DNA of 64,000 nt. Source: Eledone cirrhosa. Its lineage: Eukaryota. Below the pieces are notes generated by a model that made no database searches, was not told where the DNA came from, and was given only the letters and a program-made list of their open reading frames with translations. The stretch is from NCBI GenBank assembly GCA_964016885.1, contig OZ024761.1:29760001-29824000 (forward strand), read 5' to 3'. A program made the translations under genes and the position numbers. Shown here in pieces: positions 42,049-56,345 of this stretch. Positions within the stretch are counted from its first letter, which is position 1. The number at the start of each line of letters is the position of its first letter.

Positions 42049-42536
42049 GGTATATATATGTATATATATACTATATCATCATCATTTTACGTCTGCTTTT
42101 CCCTGCTTGCAAGGGTGGGACAGGAACTGATTCTGGCTTGATTTCTACAGCTGGATGCCCTTCCTAACACCAACCTCATTTACAGTGAGTGCTGGGTGCT
42201 TTTTTTCCGTGGCACCTCCGCGACCACTTTGCAGTGGAATGATAGGGACCCCAGTCCTATCATCTCATTTCTACAGCTGAGTAAATTGGAGCAATGTGAA
42301 ATAAAGTGTCTTGCTCAAGGAAACAACACATCACCCGGTCTGAGAATTGAACTCACAACCTTTTGATTGCAAGGCCAATGCTCTAACCACTAAGCCATGT
42401 GCCATGTATATATATGTATATATATATATGTATATATATATATACATATATATATATGTATATATATATATGTATGTATATATATATATGTATGTATATG
42501 TATGTATATATATGTATATACATACATACATATATG

Positions 42537-42589
<53 letters not shown>

Positions 42590-42600
42590 GTGTAAATATA

Positions 42601-42652
<52 letters not shown>

Positions 42653-43139
42653 TGTGTATATATATATATATATATATATGTGTGTATATATATGTGGGGT
42701 GGGGGATGAATTTACTCCAAGAGATGAAATTCCTTTTTTCCTGGCAAACCAAGAATCGAATTTCCACTTAGCTGAGAAAGCAAGCTGAACAACACCTCCT
42801 TCCCCCTCTTTCTCACCTTTGTCACCACCTCTCTCTCTTTTTATCCTTTACTCCCACCGCCTCCCTGTCTTTCTCTCTTTCACTCTCACCACATCCTCCT
42901 CTTTCTAGCCTTCACTCCCTCCTCTTTCTATATTTCACTCCTACCACCTCCTCCACTTTCTATATTACACTCCCACCTCAACCACCACCTTCTTTCTATC
43001 GTTCACGCCCTCCACCTCCACCCACATCAACCAATGCCCTTCCTCCCTCCCTTCCTTATTTATATATTTAGCATCTGCGCTTCATGAAGGAATGAAAGAA
43101 TAAGGTGAAAACAGCAGAATTACAGATTAACAGAATAAC

Positions 43140-44420
43140 CATTACCAGCCAACCATCAACCATCCTTCCATCGGTCCAACCAGCCAGCCATCCAACCACC
43201 TAACCATCCAACCAATTAACCAGCCAACCACCTAACCATCAACCAACTAACCATCCAACCACCTAACCAGCCAGCTATACAGCCAACCAACTAACCAGCG
43301 AGGCCTTACAACCATCAACCATCCATCCAACACCAAACCACCCAACCATAAACCAGCCTGACAACCAGTCAGCCACCCAACCAGCCATTCAACCAACCAA
43401 TTAACCAGCCAGCTAGCCATCCAGTCAACCAACCAACTAACCAGCTATCCAGCCAACCAACTAATTAACCAGTCAACCAACCAATCAGCCAACCAGCCAG
43501 CCATCCAACAAACTAATTAACCAATTAACCAACCATCCAGCCAGCCATCCAACCAACTAACCAGCCAGCTAGTCTACCGTCTAACCAAACAACCAACCAG
43601 CCAACCAACCAACCAGTCAGCCATCAACCAACCAACTAACCAGCCAACCAGCCATCCAACCAACTAATTAACGAACCAACCAACCATCCAACCATCCAGC
43701 CAACCAGCCAGCCAACCATCAACCAATCAACTAACCTGCCAGCTAGTCAACCATCTAACTAACCAGCCAGCCAACCAACTAACCAGCCAGCCAACCACCA
43801 ATAACCAACCAGCCAGCCAGCCAACCAACCAACCACCAACAATCCAACCAACCAGCCAACCATCAACCAACCAAGTAAACAGCCAGTGAGTCAACCATCC
43901 AACCAACTAACCAACCATTGACTATCTAACTAGGGTAAAGACCTCCTTCGGTCATGTATAACCATAGGATTTGTACCTAGAAATTTCCCCTTTGAGGCAC
44001 AAGTCCGGGCAAGGTTGTTTGTGGAAGACCAGCAGTTGCCCATGCATACCAGTCTCCCTTCTCCATGCCACCAATGATGTCCAAAGGAAAGGCAATGGCT
44101 GATACAGCTTGGCACCAGTGACATCATAACTTATTTCTATAGCTGAGTAAACTGGAGCAACGTAAAATAAAGTGTCTTGCTCAAGGACACAAGGCATCAC
44201 CCGGTCCGAGAATTGAACTCACATCCTCCTGATTGCCAGCTCAATGCTCTAACCACTAAGCCATGCGCCTTCACTAACTAACTAACCAACCAGCCATCAA
44301 CCATCTAACTAACCAACCAACTAACAAGCCAGCCAGCCAACAAACCATCAACCAACAAGCCAACCAACAAACCAGCCAACCAACCAACTAACCAGCTAAC
44401 AAACCAACCAGCCAACCAAG
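43140..44420. repeat. Degenerate tetranucleotide (AACC/AGCC/ATCC) tract interrupted by a SINE at about 43930-44275
   Basis: Direct reading; a similar complementary tract lies at about 4500-5720. Confidence 0.85.
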
Positions 44421-44923
44421 ATGTTAATAATGGCTGTCAGATGATACAGGATTTCCCTGTCTGCTACTATTACACAACACAGCAATGCTATTAATGTAGT
44501 GACAGTGGAGGTGGTAGTGGTGGGAAAAAGAGAGGGGCTTCCCTTCATACCAAGGACATTCTTTCTTTCTATCTATCTATCTGTCTGTCTCTCTCTCTGC
44601 ATCTCTCCCTCACTCTATCTATCCATCTATCTGTCTTTCTCTCTTTCTCTCTCACTATGTCTTTGTCTTTTGCTTTCTCTCTCTCTTTCTCACGCTATCT
44701 ATCTCTCAATCTATCTCTGTCTCTATCTGTCTGTCTGTCTATCTAGCTACCTCTCTTTCTCTAATTAACCCTTTTGTGACCATATTTCTAATCCAAATAA
44801 GAGAGAAAACAGAGAAACAAAGAAAAGAGAAAGGGGCTATTCTTCAAATTGGACCAAAGAAGCAATGTTTTCTTTTGTTGGTCTTTCCATCGCTGATACT
44901 GTCTGCGAGTCACAACCTCTGGC

Positions 44924-45207
44924 CAGAGGCATAACTAGGGAAAATAGCGCCTATGGCAAGCAGTGGAATTGCGCCCCTGCTCAGCATTCTATTTTTAATT
45001 ATGAACCTAAGAATTCATATAAATAGTTTAGTGATCCAACCACCATAATGCTTCTCATCCACGATAATCAAAGAAAGATCATACATCTCACTCTTCGACG
45101 ATAGCTTATCTGTCTTGAATAGAAAGTGCTCCTAGTTCAAGTGGTGCCTCTCTTCAAGTGTTGCTCATGGCACGAGCCATGCTTGCGACACCCTAGTTAT
45201 GCCTCTG
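44924..45207. mobile_element. hAT-type MITE
   Basis: TIRs CAGAGGCATAACTAGGG/CCCTAGTTATGCCTCTG; 8-bp TSD CCTCTGGC/CCTCTGAC. Confidence 0.85.
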
Positions 45208-46648
45208 CCTCTGACAAAAGGAACAAATGTGAAATATAAAATGTTGTTCAAGAACGCACCACACTGCCCAGTCCGTCCAACACTCTAACCACTAAGCTAC
45301 ATGCCTTCTAATGAAAACCCCTGTATTTCAACTGGCTAGTTAAGAATTTCGAATGATTTACTAAATTTATTCATTATTTCATTACTAAGAATAGTAACTC
45401 AACATATGGTTCTAATACATAATTATAATGGAAGATTTAAATTTAAATAGGAACCATTTAGAATAAAGGTTTTGTTTTTTTTTCATAAAATCAGAGCTGA
45501 GTTTGGACCCTGGATGGTATCAAAAGAGTTAATGAAATGATGGTGAGGAAGAAGGGTGAGAGGGGGTTCCCTTCCTCCAAGGACATACAGCACAGTCTCT
45601 TTTCTCTCTCTCCCTATATGTATACAGCAAAGCTTTCTCTCTCTCTCTGTATATACATACACAGCACTGCTTTTAATGCAGTAACGACAGTGGAAAACAG
45701 TGAGAGAATACAGGGTGGGGAGGTTTCCTTTCACCAAGGACATACATTCTTCAATATCTCTCGCTCACTCTCTATATATGTGTGTGTGTGTATTTCTCTC
45801 ACTCTTTCTCTCTATGTGTGTGTGTGTGTGTGTGTGTGTATTTCTCTCACTCTCTCTCTCCTTCCCCTCTCCTACTACAGACTTACAACACAGCACACTG
45901 TCTTATCGATTTTAAAACCATTTACTTCCAGATTCTGTTACAGTGATGTCTCTACTTCTACACACTCTACACTGTTACGTGTAACAGCACATTGTTACAC
46001 ACCCTACACTGTTGTTACATGTAACATAGGAAACCAGTTAAACACACATAAGTGTGAACTGTAACAACATAATAGGACTGGAGACCCTGTCATTAAAACA
46101 TAATAGGACTAGGACCCTTATCATTAAAACACCCAAGAAACCTCCCATGAGACACAACCTTATAGAAGGCCAGTTAAACCTATATAGATGTGAACTGTAA
46201 CAACATGATAGGACTCGGGACTCCTATCATTAAAATACTCAAGAAATCTCGTATGAGATACAACTTTGTAGAAGGCCAGCTAAAAATACATAGGTGTGAG
46301 CTGTAATGACAACAACATGATAGGACTGGGGTCCCTATCATTAAAAACTCCTATGAGACACAACTTTACAGGAGGCCAGCTAAACCTACATACATGTGAG
46401 CTATAACAACATGATAGGTCTGGGGTCCCTATCATTAAAACCTCCTATGAGACACAATCTTGTAGGAGGCCAGCTAAACCTACATAGATGTGACCCTTGG
46501 GACCCTATCATTAGAACACCCAAGAAACCTCCTATAATTTACTACCATGTAGGAGGCCAGTTAAGCCTACATAGATGAGAGCTGTAAATTTCATTTCATA
46601 TTTTTCAATATGTGTCATTTATTTGTATAGCATTATATTCTAACAGAA

Positions 46649-46842
46649 TGGGCGGTGGATTGGCAGTATCGGTAGAGGGTCGGACGCCATGCTTTGTAGC
46701 ACAGTTACGTCCCTTTACGGACTGAGTTCAAATCCCACCGAGGTTAACTTTGCCTTTCATCCTTACGGGGCTGATAAAATAAAGTACCAGTAATACACTG
46801 GGATAATTGCTGGCCTTGTGCCAAAAAGTAGAAACAATTATA
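46649..46842 (+). mobile_element. tRNA-derived SINE family A with MetaSINE-like central domain (representative copy)
   Basis: A box TGGCAGTATCGG, B box GTTCAAATC, domain gcctttcatccttacggggtcgataaaataaagtaccag. More than 10 copies, e.g. 2250-2440(-), 9320-9505(+), 17067-17275(-), 17486-17670(+), 20495-20870(+, two), 39262-39450(+), 54522-54706(-). Confidence 0.9.
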
Positions 46843-47317
46843 TTCTAACAGAATAACTTACTAATCCAATGGCTAGTCCTCCCCCAGGTGACTGGGTATA
46901 TTTTCTCATGGGAAGTATTAGAAGTGCAATAGGATCATATGAAATAACAAACAACACAATACATGAACAAGTTTTACAGTGTTGTCTCTATTTAAAGGTA
47001 TTCAACTTAGAGATAGGTGGAGCCAACAACTAGCTTATGGTGATTAGAGAACAATATCAGTAAAGAACAGCATTAGTTACAAAATGAATAAAAATAATAA
47101 TAATAATAATGAAATTATTGTGTAAAGTGCTCAGGTGCACTACAACTCGTCAAAGGTGTATGTATAGTACATAGAATAATACACAAATGTCAGGAAAGTA
47201 CATGTGTGTATGTGTTAGCTGTAGTGTTGGCGGATCTCGGGAAGCATGGAGGCCTTAAAGGATGCAGTGTCTCGACAGCTAACAACTGATGCAGGTAGTT
47301 TGTTCCATGCTTCAGCA

Positions 47318-47394
<77 letters not shown>

Positions 47395-47444
47395 CTTTAT
47401 TTAGGTTTAGCCCGTCTCTTTAATCTTTCTAATTTCTCATTCTT

Positions 47445-47480
47445 TCTTCTGATGAAGGACTAGCATCCGAAACGTTAAGA
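47445..47480 (+). ncRNA. Minimal type I hammerhead (Penelope type)
   Basis: TCTT-CTGATGA(47449)-A-GGActagcaTCC-GAAACGTT-AAGA; stem I TCTT/AAGA; palindromic ACGT in place of stem III. Degenerate copy on the minus strand at about 56026-56061. Confidence 0.75.
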
Positions 47481-47879
47481 CCCTCTTCCTGCTATTTCAA
47501 GCGTTAAACTTATATATTCCTTCCATATACTGTACCGATTGTGTTGTTATTTCCGTTTACCTTTTATATACATACATTTATATATATCATCATCATCATC
47601 ACTGTTTTACGTCCATTATTCCACGCTAGCATGGGTTAGACGGGTTGTCCTGTTGTGGGCAGTGCCTGGTCGGCTGACCATGTCTTGTTCCTATGGGAAC
47701 TGACTCTGGCTTGATTTCTACAGCTGGATGCTTTTTTCCCATGGCGCCTACACGTCCACTTTACAGTGTGGGCTGGGTGCTTTTTTGCTGTAGCACCTCC
47801 ACGACCACTTTGCAGAGGGAGGGGTGGGGCATATTGTCCATATGCTTCAGCTTGTACTCGTGGGGGGGGGGGGGTCTTC

Positions 47880-49235
47880 TGTATTACTGTGTGACACCAT
47901 CGCCTTTGAGAGGTGCAATTGGGTAAGGTCGGCTTTTATCACCTCATCCCAGGTCTTCTTGGGTCTCCCCATTCCACGGCTTCCATCGACTTCTAGTGCT
48001 CTGCACCTTTTTATACAGTTGTCATCCTTCATATGCATCACATGTCTATACCAATGCAACCTCCTCTCATGCACACAACATTTTATTCCTCTTATGCTCA
48101 GTCTTTCTCTCAGTTCGTTTATGCTTTGTTGTTTGCGTATATTACTATTACACATCCATCGGAGCATGCAGGCTTTGTTTCTTTCTAATCTACGCAAGTC
48201 TTCTACACACAGCGCCCAGGTTTCACTACCATGTAACATTGCTGTTCATATACATGCATCATACAGTCTGCCTTTCATTTTGAGGGAAAAGCCTTTTGCA
48301 GCTAACAGTGACAGTATTTCCCTGAACTTCTTCCATCCCGTTCATACCCAAGTTATTGTACTTTCTGAACACCCACCTCTGCTGCTAATTCAGTCACCTA
48401 GGTAACAGAAGCTGTCTACTGTTTCTACAGAGCCCTCCCAGAGTTTGGTGGTGCTTGTTTCCTGTGGCTGTCTGCTGCTTTCTGTCCCAGCGCAGCTGAT
48501 ACATGTGAAGCCTACATTCTTAGTTAAGCTTCCTGAGATCCCACTACATCTCTTGTGTATCCATTGATTGCATTTGGGGCACAGGAGAGAGTTCCTACCT
48601 ACACCTTTCCTACATACTGAGCAAGGCCATTTCTCTGAGGGGATCTGGGTTCTGTTTTCTCATCTACTTACAAGGACTTTAGTCTTTGTCAGGTTGACTT
48701 TGAGACCCTTTCTTTCCAGTCCCTGCTTCCATGTTTGGAATTTGTTCTCTAGTTCTACCATAGATTCAGCTATAAGTGTGACGTCATCTGCATGCAGGAG
48801 TACCCGTGGGCATCCGGTCTTAAACTCCTCCGTTATTGCCTGCAAAACTATGATGAACAGGAGAGGCCTAAAAACAGAGCCCTGGTGGACACCAACCTGT
48901 ACGCTAAATTCCTTGCTAGTCATTGCTAATCCTAATTTTGCTGACTGCTCCCCTATATATGGCTTGTACAGATTTCACAAGCCATTCATCTACTCCTAGT
49001 TTTCTAAGAGCCCACCAGATTATAGCACGAGGGACTCTGTCAAAGGCTTTCTCCAGATTGACAAATGCCAGGTAGAGCGGCTTACTTTTAGTTAGGTACT
49101 TTTCCTGTAACTGTCTCACAAGGAAAAGTGCATCAGTGGTGCCTTTTCCTGGCACAAACCCATCTCATCTAGTTTCACCCGGTCCCTAATCAACTGTGCT
49201 ATAACTCTTTCCATTACTTTCATGACCTGGTCCAT
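47880..49235 (-). mobile_element. RTE-clade LINE fragment (same family as 25370-26440)
   Basis: FVNLEKAFDRVPR, GVHQGSV, LHADD, MLHGSETWAL; frameshifted. Confidence 0.92.
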
Positions 49236-49239
49236 CAAC

Positions 49240-50125
49240 AAGTGCATAGGGTAATGTACAAACGTCAGGAAAATGAACAGTGCACAAGTCATGATAAACA
49301 CATGTGTGCATGTGTATGGAAGGGGTACATCAGGTGTAGTTTTTGCATATTTCGGGAAGCATTAGGGTTTTAAAGGATGCAGTGTCTCAGCAGCTAACAA
49401 CTGACGCAGGCAGTTTGTTCCATGCTTCAGCAACTCTGAGCGTGAAAAATTTTTTTAGAAAGTCATGGGAGCTGTGCTGTTTTCTGATTTTGTAGGCATG
49501 TCCACGTGTGTTAGACACATGGAGATCAAAAAGGTGCTCAGGGTTGTTGTTGGCGAGATGGTTAATAACTTTGTGGGTGTTTACCAAGTCCATTGCCAGA
49601 CGTCGGAGCTTCAATGAATCCATACCCAGGGAAGCAAGGCGTTCAGAGTATGGTAGGTGTCTGATGGAGGATATGCGCTTGGTTGCACGTCTCTGAACAG
49701 TTTCCAGGAGGTCAATGTTCTGAGCAAGATAGGGGTTCCAGACTGATGATGCGAATTCCAAGTGTGGTCGTACCATAGCTGTATACAGCTTTAAATAGAT
49801 GGCTGGAGAGTGGCTAACAAAGGTCTTGCTGAGTGATGCCAAGACACCCTCGGCCTTCTTGACAATCTTAGAGACATGCTTTGTCCAACGCAAATCGCTG
49901 CTGACAGTAATGCCCAGGTCACGTTCACAAGAGGACTTCTTGATATCAGTGCTGTGGAGGGAGTATGTGGACGCTGGATTTTTCCTCCCAAAATGCATGG
50001 TGGTACACTTGTCCACAGCCAGCTTCAGTTGTCAGTCTGTGATCCATTGCTGCATTGTGTCCAGGTCTGATTGTAGGAAAGAGTTGTAGATTTCAGGATC
50101 AGTCCTTTTGATTTCAAGGTATATC
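49240..50125 (-). mobile_element. CR1-clade LINE 3' portion
   Basis: ERDLGITVS, VRPHLEFASSVWNPY, ETVQRRATK, NTRGH, FFTLRVAEAWNKLP. Shorter 3' pieces at about 7445-7690(-), 15195-15490(+), 15520-15870(-), 47110-47320(-), 57780-58020(-). Confidence 0.92.
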
Positions 50126-50493
50126 ATGAGAAAGAAGAAATAACGTTATCTCTTCTCTCTCATGATGTGGATAGGTGGTATAGTTTGTTTACACCTAGAT
50201 GCCCCTCTTACTGCAACTAAATCTAACAGGAAATAAAAATAAAACCTGTTCAGCTTTTCATTTTTACTCATTCAGTCAGTCAAGTAACTGGGAATGAATT
50301 CAGTTTGACCCATTAGTCAGAGACGGATATACACACACATATATGCACATACATATGCTCACTCACATATACATACAAGTACATACATACACACACATAT
50401 ATATATAATATATATATTCACACAAACATTGACACACACACATATATGTATACATATATATATATACACGCACACATACATACATACATACAT

Positions 50494-50524
<31 letters not shown>

Positions 50525-50529
50525 TACAT

Positions 50530-50592
<63 letters not shown>

Positions 50593-50846
50593 TAGACCAC
50601 CACCACAACAGCAATAATATGAAATCTAATGAAATGCAGTAGAAATACCGGTTTAACATTGATACATTGTTTTCAGGCTATTGAAATTGTATAAAATAAC
50701 TACATTTAGACACTGGCCTATATATTATTTATATGGTCAGTATTTATATTGGTTAGTTGATATATATATATACATCAAATTTAATACAATGTTTACACTC
50801 AACTAACTGTGGTTACTCCCAATTGAACCCGGGACTCATATATATA

Positions 50847-50972
50847 CAGGGTGGCCCAAAAGTCGCAATACATAGGAAATTTTTAAGTTTCCATATTTAT
50901 TTATTTTGAATAAATTGTTTCTTATAAAACATAATTATTTTTTTTATGTATTGCGACTTTTGGGCCACCCTT
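50847..50972. mobile_element. 126-bp Tc1/mariner-type MITE
   Basis: TIRs CAGGGTGGCCCAAAAGTCGCAATACATA/TATGTATTGCGACTTTTGGGCCACCCTt in TA context. Confidence 0.85.
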
Positions 50973-51595
50973 TATATATATATATCATCATCATCATCAT
51001 CATTTCATTTTACGTCCGCTTTTCCCTGCGTGCAAGGGTGGGACGGGAACTGATTTTAGCTTGATTTCTACAGCTGGATGCCCTTCTTAACACCAACCTC
51101 ATTTACAGTGAGTGCTGGGTGCTTCTTTTCCATGGCGCCTACACGTCCACTTTACAGTGTGGGCTGGGTGCTTTTTTTTTTGCCATGGCACCTCCACGAC
51201 CACTTTGCAGTGGAATGATAGGGACCCCAGTCCCTATCATCTCATTTCTACAGCTCAGTAAACTGGAGCAATGTGAAATAAAGTGTCTTGCTCAAGGAAA
51301 CAACACATCACCCCGTCTGAGAATTGAACCCACAGCCTTTCGATTACAAGGCCAATGCTCTAACCACTAAGCCATATATATATATACACACACAGAGATT
51401 ATAGTAGCAATTAGTTGAAATCGAAGGCTGTGTCAAGATAGAATGGTTTTTTACTCATCATATGAATCACTTTCCATAGTTTTTCTGTGGTGATCAACCA
51501 TAAATACAATGAAGGTGATTCCTGGAGTATTTATATAGAAATTAATAAATTACATGACTACACCAATTTCTCAATCAAAGGCTTAATATTTATTA

Positions 51596-51716
51596 TGTAA
51601 CTGACACGTGTTTCGTTAATATGTAAATGAGCACATCTAGAACCGCTAATCTGATGTATGTTTTCAGACAATTCAGATTCCAATATGCTGCTTCAACAGT
51701 CTTACATATCAGCTTA
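51596..51716 (-). ncRNA. Degenerate hammerhead with long stem II
   Basis: Minus strand: CTGATA-tgtaa...ttacatattaac-GAAA-CACGTG-TC-agtta; palindromic ACACGTGT; core partly deleted. Confidence 0.5.
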
Positions 51717-51919
51717 TTAAAGTCTAACAATGTTTTTATTTATACAGGGAAGTGTTTAGACAGAGAGAGAGAAAGTGTGTCACTTAGGAGAAATTTAGGT
51801 TATATAACGTCATAAAGGTATCAAAATATCAACAACTATATTGAGAGACAAAGATATGTAAATTCATAGAGGAGTTCCCAAGTCCTCTCAATCTTTTGTT
51901 TAGCAAGTTTTCTACAGCT

Positions 51920-52700
51920 GGCGGCCCTTCCTACCATTAACCACTTTCCAGAGTGTACTGGGTGTATTTTATTGTGGCACCAGCACTTCTTGAGTGTACT
52001 GGGTGTATTTTATTGTGGCTTGGGCCCTTCCTATCATTAATCCCTTTTCAGAATGTACTGGGTGTATTTTATTGTGGCTTGGGCCCTTCCTATCATTAAT
52101 CCCTTTTCAGAATGTACTGGGTATATTTTATTGTGCCACCAGACCTTCCTACCATTAACCACTTTAGAATGTACTGGGTGTATTTTATTGTGGCTTGGGC
52201 CCTTCCTATCATTAATCCCTTTTCAGAATGTACTGGGTATATTTTATTGTGGCACCAGACCTTCCTACCATTAACCACTTTAGAATGTACTGGGTGTATT
52301 TTATTGTGGCTTGGGCCCTTCCTATCATTAATCCCTTTTCAGAATGTACTGGGTGTATTTTATTGTGGCACCAGACCTTCCTACCATTAACCACTTTAGA
52401 ATGTACTGGGTGTATTTTATTGTGGCTTGGGCCCTTCCTATCATTAATCCCTTTCCAGAGTGTACTGGGTGTATTTTATTGTGGCACCAGACCTTCTTGA
52501 GTGTACTGGGTATATTTTATTGTGGCTTGGGCCCTTCCTATCATTAATCCCTTTTCAGAATGTACTGGGTGTATTTCATTTTAGCACCAGTCCTTATCCT
52601 TGACCCTTTTACAAAGTGTACTGGGTGTATTTTATTGTGGCTCGAGCCCTTCCAATCATTAACCACCACTTTACAGAGTGTACTGGGTGTATTTTATGAT
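51920..52700. repeat. About 58-bp minisatellite with 116-bp dimer structure
   Basis: Alternating gcttgggcccttcctatcattaatccc and gcaccagaccttcctaccattaaccact subunits around tgtactgggtgtattttattgtg. Confidence 0.92.
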
Positions 52701-53610
52701 GACACTAACATATTTAACTGCCCTTATCTCCTCCATCCTGTGTGTTCCTGTCCTCTACCAACCACTGAAACCACAGCAACGAAGATATTGAAGGACCTTC
52801 ACATCATTTATATTAAAAACAAACACACAGATGGAGATCAATAATCATTGATTGTGAGGAATACATTTAATATTGACCTCCATCAATTGTTTTTAGATAC
52901 TTTCTTCTGATTTCCCTCCCCCTCCATACTCCTATATGCCCTCACCCACCTCATATCTATCTTCTGTTCCTTCTCCACTTTCACCCTCTTCATCTGCCAT
53001 TTCCATCCACTCCTCCTCTGACTTCAACCTCTCCCTCCCTCCATCCACATTCACCCACTCTTCCTCTCACTCACTCCACCTTCCACTTCTCACCACACCT
53101 CTCCTCTCACTCCACCCTCACCCGACATTCACCAGCACAGTTCTTCTCACTCACACCCCCCTCCTCCCCCCCCCATCCATCTCCACCAACCACTTCTCAA
53201 CCTCCACCAACCACCACTCCACCCTCAATCACTCACCCTCCTCTCACTCCACCCTCACCTTCCGTCACCCACTTTCCTCTCACCCTCCATTCACCTCTAC
53301 CAACCACTCCTCTCACTCACACCGCCCGCCCCATCTTCTTCCTCCCATCCATCTTCACCAACCACTCCTCCCCCCCCCGTTCCACCAGTCACCCTCCATC
53401 ACCCACTACTCCTCTAACTCACTTCAACCTCCTCCTCCTCCCCGTCACTCATCTCTACCTCCCCCTCCAACCACTGCACCCTTTCCCCTCCACCTCCATC
53501 CTCTCCTCCTCCCTTGAGACAGCAGTAATGTTTGCCAATAAAATATCAATATAAGTGTTCTAGTTATCCAGTTATGGTTTATTGATATGTAAATAAATTG
53601 GTGCAAACAC

Positions 53611-53880
53611 GACCCCGCTGACTACAAGGTTCCTCTCTTCACTGGCGGCTCGCCTAATAGAGGTAACTGGCGAATCTCGCGAGGGCGCTTGGCTGTTTCA
53701 GCGCATCAGCCTCGCCATCACCCGAGGCAACGCTGCGAGTGTGCTGGCTTGCCTCGAAAATCATTAGAGAGGTTGCCCAGTACTCGCGACGTTGCTGTCT
53801 TTCGCTCTGGTGTTGGCTCCGTTGTTCACCCCTTCATTTACATTTTCTTTAATATTGTAACATTAAAAGAATATATTTTT
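53611..53880 (+). mobile_element. CRE-like LINE 3' end
   Basis: PLTTRFLSSLAARLIEVTGESREGAWLFQRISLAITRGNAASVLACLENH* (stop 53765-67); locally GC-rich. Confidence 0.75.
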
Positions 53881-54214
53881 CTGAAAGAATCGCGAGCTAT
53901 TTATAATGTTGTCTAATTCACTTTGGAACTTCATGGTTTCAGGTTATACACCCCAACAAAACTTAAGTACCTGTATATGTCACTGTTGTAACTAATTATA
54001 CTTAACTCATTCTATGGTACATACATATTAATTATGATGGAAGATTTTTATGTATGTATGTATGTAGGGCCCCATAACCCATGAGGGAATTGTAAGGGGC
54101 AATATATTGACATAGAGCATTCCTAGGGCATTTTTAAAACCTGGTGGAGCCCATCTCTCTCTCCAAGTTTGACTACAGCAGATTTCTTCCAGAGAAGGAT
54201 ATATATATATATAT

Positions 54215-54525
<311 letters not shown>

Positions 54526-54904
54526 TTGTTTCTACTTTAGGCACAAGGCCAGCAATTACCCAGTACATTACTGGTACTTTATTTTATCGACCCCCGTAAG
54601 GATGAAAGGCAAAGTTAACCTCGGCGGGATTTGAACTCAGACTGTAAAGGGACGTAACTATGCTGGAAAGCATGGTGTCCGACTCTCTACCGATACTGCC
54701 AATTCCCCGAGAGAGAGAGAGAAATAATCCACCCCAGTACTAGACTGGTACTTTTTTTTTATCGATCTCAAATGGATGAAAGGCAAAGTTGACCTTAGCA
54801 AGATTTGAACCCAGAGAGCAGAGAGCAAAAACGAATACTGCAAAGCATTCTATTTGACTTTCTAATGACTGCCAATTCGTCACCTTGGAAGGTTTTTAGA
54901 TAAG

Positions 54905-55240
54905 GCACATGGCTTAGTGGTTAGAGCATTGGCCTTGCAATCGAAAGGTTGTGAGTTCAATTCTCAGACCGGGTGATGTGTTGTTTCCTTGAGCAAGACG
55001 CTTTATTTCACATTGCTCCAGTTTACTGAGCTGTAGAAATGAGATGATAGGGACTGGGGTCCCTATCGTTCCACTGCAAAGTGGTCGTGGAGGTGCCACG
55101 GCAAAAAAGCACCCAGCACTCACTGTAAATGAGGTTGGTGTTAGGAAGGGCATCCAGCTGTAGAAATCAAGCCAGAATCAGTTCCCGTCCCACCCTTGCA
55201 AGCAGGGAAAAAGCGGACGTAAAATGAAATGAAATGAATG
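54905..55240 (+). mobile_element. tRNA-derived SINE family B with RTE-derived tail
   Basis: A box TGGCTTAGTGG, B box GTTCAATTC, core ccttgagcaagac...ttgctccag, tail as at 37335-37385. Copies on the minus strand at about 7850-8190, 19975-20270, 42075-42404 and 50985-51375. Confidence 0.9.
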
Positions 55241-55339
55241 AATAAACACTTTAAAACCAACCAACTGTGTACCTGAGAAGTTGGGAGGGCAGTTAAACAC
55301 AAATATGCATTGCCTATCACCCCTCTCTTTCATTCACAG

Positions 55340-55494
55340 ATGGTTCTACTACTGTCCACAAAGCCTGTTATGACAGCAACTGCACAGCTTTACAATATAT
55401 AATCAACTACAGTGGTGATATACACTGCCAAGACACACAACAGCGATCTCCAATCCATTGGGCTGTGACGACACAATCAACTGACTGTTTGAAG
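55340..55494 (+). CDS. Ankyrin-repeat gene exon (DGSTTVHKACYDSNCTALQYIINYSGDIHCQDTQQRSPIHWAVTTQSTDCLK)
   Basis: Acceptor ctctctttcattcacAG, donor AAG|GTTGGT; 155 bp, phase 1 to 0. Ankyrin motifs GSTTVHKAC and RSPIHWAV. Not in the ORF track; translated by hand. Confidence 0.9.
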
Positions 55495-55677
55495 GTTGGT
55501 AGCTTCCTTTCTTCCTATAATGGTAGACTGAACAATTCAGTTTATATAGTCATTATATATGTATATATATATATATATTGTTATATTTGGGATGGTCATG
55601 TTGCTAATATTGCCAATTGAAAGAAACACACAGACCATATAATTTACACTTTATCTTTATTGTTTGTCAATACATAA

Positions 55678-55735
<58 letters not shown>

Positions 55736-55796
55736 AGTAAACAGAAGAAACACAACAGACGATGAGGTTCAATTAAGATATATATTAGTTTCACAC

Positions 55797-56011
55797 TTAA
55801 CCCTTTAGCATTTACATATATTTACGATTATATTTTCAGTTTAAGGCTTTATCTTGCATGATATCTCACATAATATCTTATCTATAAGATTTTGATATTA
55901 TTTATTTTGAGAACAATACATCAGTATGAGTGGCCAGTTACAGCCGGTTTGAACAAAATGAGGTGGGAGAATTCTGGCCGAATAAGGCCGGTTTAAATGC
56001 GAAAGGGTTAA
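55797..56011. mobile_element. piggyBac-type TTAA MITE
   Basis: TTAA-CCCTTTAGCATTT...AAATGCGAAAGGG-TTAA. Confidence 0.8.
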
Positions 56012-56153
56012 TATAGTCGGAAAAGTCTTAATGTTTCAGATGCTAGCCCTTCATCAGAAAATAGAATGAGAAATTAAAGAAGAAATAGATAGATAGAGGA
56101 GAGTGAACAGGGGCAGAAATGAAAAACAAATTTCTCCGAGAAAAAGCAGGTCT

Positions 56154-56193
<40 letters not shown>

Positions 56194-56345
56194 CAAGGAG
56201 ACAACAAACAGCGGTACAAAAAGTTTTATTAGTTTCATGCTTTATATTAAAAAGAGGAAAGAACGTTTAATGTATTGGGCTTAAGCCCTTCATGAGTACA
56301 AAATAGAGACAGGATTATTAAGGGCCCCCTAATATTATGTTACAG

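Noticed and set aside
54905-54975. tRNA gene
   Set aside because: tRNA-like head continues into a SINE body and tail; multicopy and no clean cloverleaf.
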